Of a stretch of DNA of 64,000 nt, positions 54,801-62,495 are shown piece by piece; the first letter of the stretch is position 1; every line of letters starts with the position of its first letter. The translations under genes and the position numbers were made by a program. Source of the stretch: Mobula hypostoma (taxonomy: Eukaryota); contig NC_086100.1 in assembly GCF_963921235.1 (NCBI RefSeq), forward strand, positions 200,572,001 to 200,636,000. The letters run 5' to 3'. Under the pieces are notes generated by a model. That model was not told where the DNA came from, searched no databases, and saw only the letters and a program-made list of their open reading frames with translations.

Positions 54801-57328
54801 TTTGCATGGAGGTCGGTGACCAGTGGTGTTCCACAGGGATCTGTTCTAGGACCCCTCCTCTTTGTGATTTTTATAAATGACCTGGACGAAGAAGTAGAAG
54901 GGTGGGTTAGTAAGTTTGCTGATGACATAAAGGTTGGGGGTGTTGTGGATAGTCTGGAGGGTTATCAGAGGTTACAGCGGAACATCGATAGGATGCAGAA
55001 CTGGGCTGAGAAGTGGCAGGTGGACTTCAACTCGAATAAGTGTGAAGTGGTTCATTTTGGTAGGTCCGAATTGAAGACAAAATATAATATAAATGGTAAG
55101 ACTCTTTGCAGTGTGGAGGATCTCAGAAATCTTGGGGTTTATTTCAATAGGACACTCAAAGCTGCTGCGCAGGTTGACAACATTGTTAAGAAGGCGTATG
55201 GTGTGTTGGCATTCATCAATCGTGGGGTTGAGTTCAAGAGCCGCGAGGTAATGTTACAGCTATATAAGACCTTGGTCAGACCCCACTTGGAGTAATGTGT
55301 TCAGTTCTGGTCATCTCACTACAGGAAGGATGTGGATGTCATAGAGAGAGAGTGCAGAGGAGATTTACAAGGATATTGCCTGGATTGGAGAGCGTACCTT
55401 ATGAGAACAGGCTGAGTGTACGTGTCCTTTTCTCTTTGGAGCGACGGAGGATGAGAGGTGACCTGATGGAGTTATATAAGATGATAAGGGGCTTTGATCA
55501 TGTGGATAGCCAGAGGCTATTTCCCAGGGCTGAAATGGCTAACACAAGGGGGCATAGTTTTAAAGTGCTTGGTACCGAGGGGATGTTAGGGGTTGGTTTT
55601 TCACACAGAGTGGTTGGTGCATAGAATGCATTGCCGGCCCTGCTGGTGGAGGCAGATACGATAGGGTCTTTTAAGAGCCTCTTAGATAGGTATATGGAGC
55701 TTAGAAAGATAGAAAGCTATACACTGGGGAAATTCTGGGCAGTCTGTAAAGTAGGTTACATGGTTAGCACGATATTGTGGGCCAAAGGGCTTGTAATGTG
55801 CCATAAATTTCTATGTTCTATGTTCTGTTTTGAAGTCCTCGCATATCAGCAGAAATGTTCACATACAAGGATTTGTAACAGGCACACATTATGTTAGTGC
55901 TTTACCACCATCTACAGTAATCTGAGATTGCAGGTGGTAAACAAATATACTAACAGTGAAAGTTTAGAAACCAAGCAGCCACTCAGTCATTTTGCTTTTG
56001 GTGATCGGAGGGAGTGATGTTGGCACTGATTGGTTCTCTGGTCCTCTGGTAGTGGAGTGGGCTGTGAATGTTGGTGACTGTGCTAACCTGCAGCTGATCC
56101 CTAGGGTTACCTGCTCATCTGTGAGGATGTGGAATGGGATGATTGCAGCTGGTTACGGGAGTGGCCAGATCCAGATCTTCGATGCAGCGACTGCTACGGT
56201 ACACTTGGCGGTGAACGCTCATGCCCGCTGGATCAGCACACTTGATATTGCACCCCAAAATGGCAAGGTACCCTGGTTGCTCGTGGGCAGCCTGTTCTTT
56301 TCCAGCCTTTGTGATTCTCCAGGATCTGAGCTCTTTCAGGTGACATTACTAACTGCACTTTTCCTTTACAGCTGTTGTCAGGGGCTGAGGATTCCTTCGT
56401 CCACATTTGGAGACTCTTTTGGAACCTGGAGTCCAAAACCATTGAGGTAAGGAGGCTGAGAAGTGGAGGATTTCTCAGGGTTTCCAGTGCGTTCTGTGCT
56501 GCTGATGGCAACTGTGCTCCTTGTTGGGTCAAGCCAGTTTCTAATTGCTGCCACTTTAGGAAGTTTGTAGCATGTCCACACAGAGTTGGGGAACTCTCCC
56601 CGAGTCTCCGGCTGCACCTGGGGTCTCCTGGCTGGAATGAAATTCTGTCAGTAACCTGGTTCGGACCAAGCTCTGTCTCCACACCTTAATGAGCTCTGCT
56701 TCCTCCAACCCATTCCTTGTGAGGGATCACCCTTCCACTGCTCACCCATAACCCAACCCTGTGTCTCTGCACCACACTGCCGAGCCACATCCTGTGTCTC
56801 TGCACCCACTGACCACCCACACTCCATTCGGCTGATCTCCACACTGTCCACCAAGCCACCCATCTCCAGTCTCTACACTTCACTGTCCACCCCCATCACC
56901 TCGTCCCGCTCCGCCTCTGCACTCCACTGGACATCCCCCACCCTGCCCTTCCCATGGTCTCTGCACTCCACTGGACATCCCCCACTTCCTCTGTCTGCAC
57001 TGCACTGGCTTCCTCCCCACCCTCTCATTCCTCTTGTCTTTCCTCTGCCCCCAACATGGGATAAGCAGTAACGGAGTGGTCTGGGCTGACTTGTAGGTGT
57101 GTTTCAGGAGGTGCCGGTTTCAGCCCAGTGACAGGAATCAACCCACAGGCCGAACAGTTGTTGCTTTCCAATGTATAAAGCCGTGACTTTCGACAGGTGG
57201 AGCATTTGCACACGGAGTGTGTGACCGATGTTCAGGTCTGCGGAGGCAAGTTCTGTGACCTCGAAGGAAGTGCCTTTGCAGTGACCGGATACGACCTGAG
57301 TGAGATTATTCGTTATGTCCAGGTGTAA
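11935..57328 (+). CDS. WDR54: WD repeat-containing protein 54, spliced CDS: 11935-12159, 23425-23487, 28808-28874, 30201-30254, 48347-48474, 49782-49882, 56105-56267, 56372-56446, 57197-57328 (1008 nt, 335 aa)
   Basis: Nine exons with AG/GT boundaries and compatible phases join into one ORF from ATG to TAA. The peptide is collinear with vertebrate WDR54 as I recall it ([66 protein letters not shown]). Confidence 0.95.
12270..14696 (-). mobile_element. CR1 LINE host (continues at 20320-20750), interrupted by a hAT MITE and an L1
   Basis: RT fragments 14049-14705, 13746-13955, 12755-13000 and 12152-12634; APE fragment 20359-20742 (GDFN, SDHN). Confidence 0.85.
13009..13787. mobile_element. Composite non-autonomous hAT-type element with a nested TIR element (13148-13682) and a Tigger-derived segment
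   Basis: Starts CAGGGGTCCTCAACCTTTTT (hAT-like TIR); inner pair TAGGGTTGTCAACT...AGTTGACAGCCCTA; about 13350-13590 matches the Tigger end at about 61670-61910; outer right TIR missing. Confidence 0.65.
14800..18563 (-). pseudogene. L1 ORF2p (APE endonuclease, RT, C-terminal CCHC), frameshifted
   Basis: [15 protein letters not shown] at 18563; [46 protein letters not shown]...HMFW.C. Confidence 0.88.
19404..20195 (-). pseudogene. L1 ORF1p (coiled coil + RRM + CTD) with one premature stop at about 19533
   Basis: Heptad region followed by [31 protein letters not shown]; reading continues past the stop as LRYPVRLK. Confidence 0.85.
20750..21590 (-). mobile_element. Rex1/L2-group LINE 3' fragment with an AT-rich tail
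   Basis: [17 protein letters not shown]...[15 protein letters not shown]-terminal motif. Confidence 0.7.
22160..23330 (-). mobile_element. CR1 fragment
   Basis: [28 protein letters not shown] motifs. Confidence 0.8.
23425..23487 (+). CDS. WDR54: WDR54 coding exon 2 ([21 protein letters not shown])
   Basis: ttttcctcag|GCA ... CAG|gtgagg; 63 nt. Confidence 0.93.
24355..27900 (-). mobile_element. Long, comparatively young CR1 LINE (SGNH ORF1, APE, RT, 3' UTR with a TTGTCTA-type tail)
   Basis: ORFs 27416-27898 ([10 protein letters not shown]), 27010-27261, 26660-26917 and 26359-26667 (APE), 25228-26352 (RT, 374 aa). Confidence 0.92.
28090..28670 (+). mobile_element. Rex1/L2-group LINE 3' fragment
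   Basis: [23 protein letters not shown]...[18 protein letters not shown]-type tail. Confidence 0.7.
28808..28874 (+). CDS. WDR54: WDR54 coding exon 3 ([22 protein letters not shown])
   Basis: cccttccag|ATG ... ACAG|gtaaca; 67 nt, ends in phase 1; too short for the ORF track. Confidence 0.92.
29033..29258 (+). repeat. Tandem duplication of a 104-bp unit (period 122)
   Basis: 29033-29136 and 29155-29258 are identical except for one C/T; 18-nt spacer. Confidence 0.9.
29270..29490 (+). mobile_element. tRNA-derived V-SINE-like element
   Basis: B-box-like GGGTTCAATC, core GGAGTTTGTACATTCTCCC...GGTGCTCCAGTTTCCTCCCACA, TAAA tail; related copies at about 32130-32370 (-), 21810-22085 (-) and 50960-51130 (+). 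Confidence 0.7.
30201..30254 (+). CDS. WDR54: WDR54 coding exon 4 ([19 protein letters not shown])
   Basis: tcaacag|AT GCT ... GTG G|gtatgt; 54 nt, phase 1-1. Confidence 0.92.
31520..31660 (-). mobile_element. Degenerate Penelope pseudo-LTR end with a decayed hammerhead motif
   Basis: Minus strand GTCCTGAAGAAGGATCTCAGACCGAAACATCAACTG; flanks similar to 10604-10700. Confidence 0.6.
32760..33360 (-). mobile_element. CR1 3' fragment
   Basis: Same 3' UTR head (gaccataagac..aggagcagaattag..cattcggc) as other copies; similar fragments at about 23785-24120, 50000-50700 and 52035-52635. Confidence 0.7.
33485..34375 (-). mobile_element. Rex1/L2-group LINE RT fragment
   Basis: [46 protein letters not shown]. 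Confidence 0.8.
34640..37345 (+). mobile_element. CR1 with 5' end (ORF1 zinc finger/leucine zipper and start of SGNH), a large internal deletion, then RT to the 3' tail
   Basis: SSCRMWE...[22 protein letters not shown]; jumps near 35515 to the pre-RT region; RT at 35892-36452; TTTCTATG tail. Confidence 0.85.
38150..39290 (-). mobile_element. CR1 RT fragment
   Basis: QHGF, FDKVPH, GVLQGS, KFTDNTK. Confidence 0.75.
39380..40290 (+). mobile_element. CR1 RT 3' fragment
   Basis: [25 protein letters not shown]. Confidence 0.75.
41526..42020 (-). mobile_element. CR1 3' fragment nested in the CR1 APE region
   Basis: [10 protein letters not shown]...FFTQRVV; CATAGAAA tail; host WVEL|NCKG resumes with GAAAC on both sides. 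Confidence 0.8.
42728..42965 (-). mobile_element. Complete tRNA-derived CORE-like SINE
   Basis: Minus strand A box TGGTTAAGTGG, B box GTTCGAGCC, CORE-like GTGCCCTTGAGCAAGGCACTTAA, (TCC)n tail; TSD ACAAGAG at 42721-42727 and 42966-42972. Confidence 0.8.
43970..44725 (+). mobile_element. Rex1/L2-group LINE 3' fragment
   Basis: [37 protein letters not shown] followed by a (TAAAG)n tail. Confidence 0.78.
45575..48207 (+). mobile_element. Young CR1 (end of APE through RT to 3' tail), same subfamily as 24355-27900; preceded by a minus-strand CR1 3' fragment at about 45257-45575
   Basis: RT 46718-47392 with intact FADD; TTGTCTA tail repeats; near-identical peptides to the 25228-26352 ORF. Confidence 0.9.
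46505..46725. mobile_element. Palindromic Penelope pseudo-LTR mini-insertion carrying a hammerhead core
   Basis: 86-bp arms 46504-46589 and 46598-46683 (1 mismatch, 8-nt loop); 15-bp TSD TTCTATAGATTCAGG at 46490-46504 and 46726-46740; homologous to 10604-10700. Confidence 0.9.
48347..48474 (+). CDS. WDR54: WDR54 coding exon 5 ([43 protein letters not shown])
   Basis: ctctcattgcag|GC ACT ... AAG|gtaacc; 128 nt. Confidence 0.92.
48787..48816. repeat. (CA)15 microsatellite
   Basis: Read directly from the sequence. Confidence 0.95.
49782..49882 (+). CDS. WDR54: WDR54 coding exon 6 ([34 protein letters not shown])
   Basis: tttacag|GGC ... TAC GG|gtgagt; 101 nt, ends in phase 2. Confidence 0.93.
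52640..55822 (+). mobile_element. CR1 (end of APE through RT to 3' tail) split by a solo LTR
   Basis: ORFs 52857-53195, 53286-53651, 54648-55295 (FADD) and 55295-55897. Confidence 0.88.
53761..54642 (-). mobile_element. Solo LTR, probably Gypsy, 882 bp
   Basis: 4-bp TSD ATAT (53757-53760, 54643-54646); ends AGTTACGTA...TATGTAACA; minus-strand TATATAA near 54513-54519 and AATAAA at 53822-53827. Confidence 0.78.
56105..56267 (+). CDS. WDR54: WDR54 coding exon 7 ([26 protein letters not shown]...[18 protein letters not shown])
   Basis: atccctag|G GTT ... AAG|gtaccc; 163 nt. Confidence 0.91.
56372..56446 (+). CDS. WDR54: WDR54 coding exon 8 ([25 protein letters not shown])
   Basis: TACTAAC branch site at 56347-56353, ttcctttacag|CTG ... 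GAG|gtaagg; 75 nt. Confidence 0.93.
56750..57030 (+). repeat. Degenerate C-rich minisatellite in the last WDR54 intron
   Basis: Recurring tctctgcac.ccactg units; ctctgcactccactggacatcccc occurs twice. Confidence 0.6.
57197..57328 (+). CDS. WDR54: WDR54 last coding exon ([43 protein letters not shown])
   Basis: tttcgacag|GTG ... GTG TAA; matches the WDR54 C-terminus. Confidence 0.92.
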   Translation: MEHLHTECVTDVQVCGGKFCDLEGSAFAVTGYDLSEIIRYVQV

Positions 57329-58789
57329 GTACTGCAGAAGGAGAGTCGATGTGCAGATGCCAGCAGCTCTCCAAGAGAATACAGCCTGTCTGTAAGTTCC
57401 TTCAGACAGGATACATGGAACTCGTTCCCTCATTGTTCAAGTTCAAATTCAAGTTTATTGTCATTTGACTGTACATGTAAACAACCAAACGAGACACTGC
57501 GTTCCTCTGGACCACAGTGCATCCACACAACGTATATCACACAGAGCACATAAAACAAAATATTACCATAAGTAAGTTAATAAAATATAATTCAAAACTG
57601 TGCAGCAGAAAAGAAGCCATACAGTAAACAGCAACTCTGCCCTAGTGAGCAGACCTCAGCGGTGTCAGGGGATTAATTGGTCTCATAGCCTAAGGGAAGA
57701 AGCTGTTACCCAGCCCAGCAGTCCTAGTCCTGATGCTCCTGTACCTCCTTCCTGATGGTAGTGGGTCAGAGAGATTGTGGGATGGGTAGAAGGGATTCTC
57801 AACAATGCTTTGGGCCCTTCACCAGGAATGCTGCAGGTAAATATCATAAATGGGGGGAGGGAGACCCCTGTGGTCCTCCTGGTGGACCCCGTGCTTAGCA
57901 GGTGGCACTGATATGTAGGGTAATTGGAGCCCTCTATTCATCTGTGGGCTCAAGACGTAGCACAGACATTGGTGACTTTGAATTAAATGAAAAAATCCAA
58001 TGCTAATTTCACTAAAAGTGTGGCCAGTGTGGCTCATCTAAGCTCTTTCCCAGTATGCCCAAAAATTGTTTCCAAATTATCAAAAGGATGGATTAGGGTA
58101 TGGACAGCAAACACTGATAATTAATTAATTAGCTAATTAATAGTCTGTGTAAAAATGCAAAATGAAACCAGTTAGTTTTGTTATTTAATATTAAAGTTTG
58201 GTGTTTCTTTGTCTGTTTAAAGATATTTGAATGCTGTTGTAAAGAGAAGACTGTTTATTTGTCTGGTGGTGTGCAAGTTATCTGCTTTCTCCGAGGAAAC
58301 ATAGTATTAACACTAATTTACGTGAACAACATTTACTGTGCAGTCACCAAACACTGACAGACCTCTACAGACTGGTTGTAAAATGGATGGGTATGGCAAT
58401 TACAGCACATACAGTGGTGCTAGAAAGTTTGTGAACCCTGTAGAATTTTCTCTATTTCTGCATAAATATGACCTAAAATGTGATCAGATCTTCATGTAAG
58501 TCCTAAAACTAGATAAAGAGAGCCCAACTAAATAAATATCACACAAAACATTATACTTGTTCATTCATTTATTGAGAAAGATGATCCAATATTACACGTA
58601 TTTGTTTGCTTTCAGTAATTGGTGCCCCTCCCGTGTACAGCAATAACTTCAACCAAGCATTCCCAGTAACTGTTGATCAGTCCTGCACATTGGCTTGGAA
58701 GAATTTTAGGCCATTCCTCCTTACAAAACTGTTTCAACTCTGGGATGTTGGTGGGCTTCTTTGCATGAACTGCTTGCTTCAGGTCCTTC

Positions 58790-59605
58790 AAAGGTTCAAA
58801 GGTCAAATTTAATGTCAGAGAAATGTATACAGTATAGATCCTGAAATGCTTTTTCTTCACAAACATCCACGAAAACAGAGAAGTGCCCCAAAGGATGAAC
58901 GACAGTTAAACGTGAGTACCCCAAAGTCCTCCCCAGCTCCCCCTCCTGTGCGTAAGTGGCAGTGAGCAACGATTCCCCCCTCCACCCACCAGCAAAAAAA
59001 AGCGCTTTGGTACCATCACCAAGCCCAGGCATGTGCTAAGCAATAGCAAAGACACAGACCAAAGTTACCCCAAAGACTTCACATTTCATCTGACATTCGA
59101 CAAACCACATGCTCTCTCTCTGTCTCTGGCAAAGGAGAGGGAGGTGTCCCCCATTTTCACAGCGTGCAGGAGATATGACAACAACTTGCTGGTTTATGAA
59201 GTCAGTTTCGTCGCTTTTTTCTTGAGCTCTGAGTCAGAAGATCTCAAAAGACCTTGGGCCCACAGTGAAAGATTGTCCAGCCTCCCCGACGGCACACAAA
59301 TCTCCTGCCGTGACACCGACCCTCGATCTGCCCGTCTCCAGAGCCCTGAGATCTGAGATTTCTGAACACGATCAAGACTCTCAGGCCAAACCCTTGGCAT
59401 GTTGAATAACAGCCAGTCATGGAACCCCGAGAATGGGTCCCATTCCCACAAAGAACCGAAGCCTGCGTGTAACTCCAGGTCAGGGTCTTCAAAAGAACTC
59501 TGAAAGGGAAAAATAAAGATATTAAAGGTAGAAACAGAGCTGCTTACAAAGATGCAAGCAAAGGAGTTGCCATTAGGTGTCATTATCCCTCCTAAGCTCT
59601 GCTTC
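58790..59605 (-). mobile_element. Non-coding non-LTR-type insertion in the Tc1 element
   Basis: Short repeat tail (CAAAGGTT) at the left; host ggtccttc|cacaacatt resumes with CTTC duplicated. Confidence 0.55.
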
Positions 59606-60288
59606 CACAACATTTCTATGGAATTACGGTCAGGACTTTGACTTGGCTATTCCAAAGTATAAATTTTCTTCTTTTTAAACCATTCTGTTGTTGATTTACT
59701 TCTGTCCTTTGGATCATTGTCTTGTTGCATTATCCAACCTCTATGGAGCTTCAGGTGGTGGACTGCTACCCTGGCATTCTCCTGCAAAGTGTCCTGATAC
59801 CATTTTGAATTCATTGTTCCCTTAACAGTGCAAGCTGTCCAGGCCCTGAGGCAGCAAAGCAGCCCCATGGTGTTCCTTCCACCATACTTCACAGTTGGGT
59901 TTGAGGTTTTGGGTGGTGTGCAGTGCCCTTTTTCCTCCAAACATAGCTTTTCTACCAAAAAGTTTAACTTTTGTCTCATCTGTTCACAGAACATTGTCCC
60001 AGAAGCATTATAGAACACCCAGGTGGTCTTTTTCAAACTTGAGACATGCAGCAATTTTTTTTTTGGAGAGTTGTGGTTTCATCCGTGTTGTCCTTCTATG
60101 AATACCATTCTTGTTCAGTGTTTTTCTTATGGTGAACATATGAACAAAGATTTTAGCAAATTCTAAAGATTTCTGCAGGTCTTTTGCTTTTACCCTTGAG
60201 TTCTTTTTTCACCTCCTTCAGCATTGCACATTGTGCTCTTGGTGGTATTTTTGCAAGATGCCCACTTCTAGGGAGAGGAGCAACAATA

Positions 60289-61914
60289 AAGTGTCCCCCA
60301 CTTTTCGAACGTTCGCTGTACGAAACCTCTGTGTTACAAAAGACCTGCATTAGTTACCTGTTTTCATTAACAGAAGGTGTTTTCACTGTTACGAAAAAAG
60401 GCAGCGTGCGATAAAAGGCAGTGCCTGCCCCGAGCAACCAAGCTCCTCCCCCGGAATTGCATTCTCGCCGACATTGCTTAAACAAGTGCCTGTGAGCAGC
60501 CGTTTGCAAGATGAGTTCTAAGGTATCGGAAAAGCCTAAAAGAGCTCATAAGGGTGTTAAACTTAGCGTAAAACTAGACATAATTAAGCGTTTTGATCGT
60601 GGCGAACGAAGTAAGGACAAAGTGAGTTTGGCTTGTGGAAGTTGACAAAGATGATGTTGAAGAGGTTTTGACATCCCATGACCAAGAACTGATAGATGAA
60701 GAGCTGATGCAATTGGAAGAGGAAAGGATAACAATCGAAACTGAATGCAGTAGCGAATGGACCGAAAGTGAAGTCGTCCAGGAACTGAAGCAACTACGTG
60801 AGATTTTCACTGCAATGATTGCAGAAAAGTACGACTTTAATTTTGAAAGGGTATGTCGGTTTAGGGCATATTTGCAGGATGGTTTGAGTGCTTACAAAGA
60901 ACTGTATGATAGAAAAATGCACGAGGCTAAGCAGTCAAGCATACTGTCGTTTTTCAAGCCTTCCACATCAGCCACAGCAGATGACGAACCTCGACCTTTG
61001 ACATTGAGGCGGGCAGACATAGAAGAAGATGACCTGCCTGCCCTGATGGAAATAGATGATGATGAGATGACACCCCAGTGTCCCACCACCCCAACCCCTG
61101 GGCCGCGGACCGATACATTGCCGCAGAGAATGTGGCAATAGCCGGGACGCACCCAGCACATCTTTAAGAAAAAAAGCCAAAATAAACAAGTTAATTAATT
61201 AGGTGCCGCCTGGCACATAATTGTCGGCCCAGATCAGAGGTGATTGCTGATTGTGTCACCTCTGATCTGGGCTGACATTTATGTGCCGGGTGGCACCTAA
61301 TTAATTAGCTTGTTTATTTTGGCTCTTTTCTTAAAGATGTCCTGGGTGCGTCCTGGCTACCGCTGTACCCCTGCATGCTTCGCAGATCAGTATCGGTTGA
61401 CGGCCTGGAGGTTGGGGTCCACTGCACCACCCCAACCTCCGACGACTCAGCCTAACACACCATCATCAGTGTGCTCGATGTCTTCCCGATTCCGGTAAGT
61501 GATACTACACTGTACATACATTATTTCTACTTTATATAGGCTGTGTATTTTTATGCGTTATTTGGTATGATTTGGCAGCTTCATAGCTTAAAGGTTACTG
61601 GAGAGAGTGTTTCTGCCGAGAGCGCTTGCGTGAGATTTTCGCTACGGAGAACAGTGCGGCAATGATTGTAGAAAAGTATTTCTACTTTACATAGGCTGTG
61701 TACTTACCATATTATTCTGCTTTTACTATACGTTACTGTTATTTTAGGTTTTATGTGTTATTTGGCATGATTTGGTAGGTTAGTTTTTGGGTCTGCGAAC
61801 ACTCACAAATTTTTCCCATATAAATAAATAGTAATTGCTTCTTCGCTTTACGACATTCCAGCTTATGAACCGTTTCATAGGAACTCCCTACCTTCGGATG
61901 GCGGGGGAAACCTG
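60289..61914 (+). mobile_element. Internally deleted Tigger/pogo-family DNA transposon
   Basis: TA-flanked imperfect TIRs (..GTGTCCCCCA.. / ..GCGGGGGAAACCTG|TA); N-terminal HTH piece MSSK...LSVKLDIIKRFDRGE at 60511; acidic C-terminus with KQSSILSFF at 60635-61141; no DDE domain. Confidence 0.78.
61088..61417. repeat. Long palindrome (fold-back MITE-like) inside the Tigger element
   Basis: Arms 61139-61243 and 61256-61359 are near-perfect inverted copies, with a looser extension out to 61088 and 61417. Confidence 0.85.
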
Positions 61915-61932
61915 TACTGAGTTTCCTCCATT

Positions 61933-62495
61933 TGTGGAAGTCGAACCTGGATAAAGTCACTCAGAAACCGTATAAGTACAAACTCTTTATTCAAAGCACC
62001 CGGGGCTTACTCAGTTAGTTGCTCAAACAGGAAGAGTCTGTCTGTGACTGTTCCTGCCCAATCCACCAATTAACTAACAATTCCCCTTACAACACAGATA
62101 TATTTGTTCAGATACCCCCGACACAAGACAGGCTGGAGTCAAAGTTATCCACTACATGACAGCCCCGAAAGACAAATTACAGAATAGGCAGAATGGACAG
62201 AACATACACAAACAGGCTGGAGTGGTCCTATCTCTATGCATCAGTACACAAGGAGATGAGCATCCTGAAACCCTAGCTAGCTACCTTCAAGAAGTAATAT
62301 GGCTCAGCGTATCTGTTGATCATCAGCGGTTTCTTTCAGAAAACAGGCTGTTATTGTTTAACGAAGTGTTAACCCTTTTACATACTTTATCATTCCCACC
62401 TTTTGATCATAACATGATCAACAAAGCAATAATTTTTTTTTACAGAGAAAGTGACCGAGTACAGCACTGAGTTATCAGTGGATAAAAACAGTGTA
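61933..62495 (-). mobile_element. 3' LTR (61933-62392) with a polypurine tract and a short internal stretch of an ERV-like or Gypsy element
   Basis: Minus strand AAAAGGTGGGAA|TGATAAAG...CTTCCACA; AATAAA at 61986-61991; TATA-like motif near 62100. Confidence 0.62.

Larger units (their letters stand above)
58412..61932 (-). mobile_element. Decayed Tc1/mariner transposon, interrupted at about 58790-59605 and 60289-61914 and cut at 61933
   Basis: TA|CAGTGGTGCTAGAAAGTTTGTG TIR; PTVKYGG, QQDNDPK, DLKQAVHAKKPTNIPELKQFCKEEW motifs. Confidence 0.85.

Noticed and set aside
55992..56689. Overlapping 152-aa and 104-aa ORFs as separate genes
   Set aside because: They are read-throughs of WDR54 exons 7 and 8 into introns.
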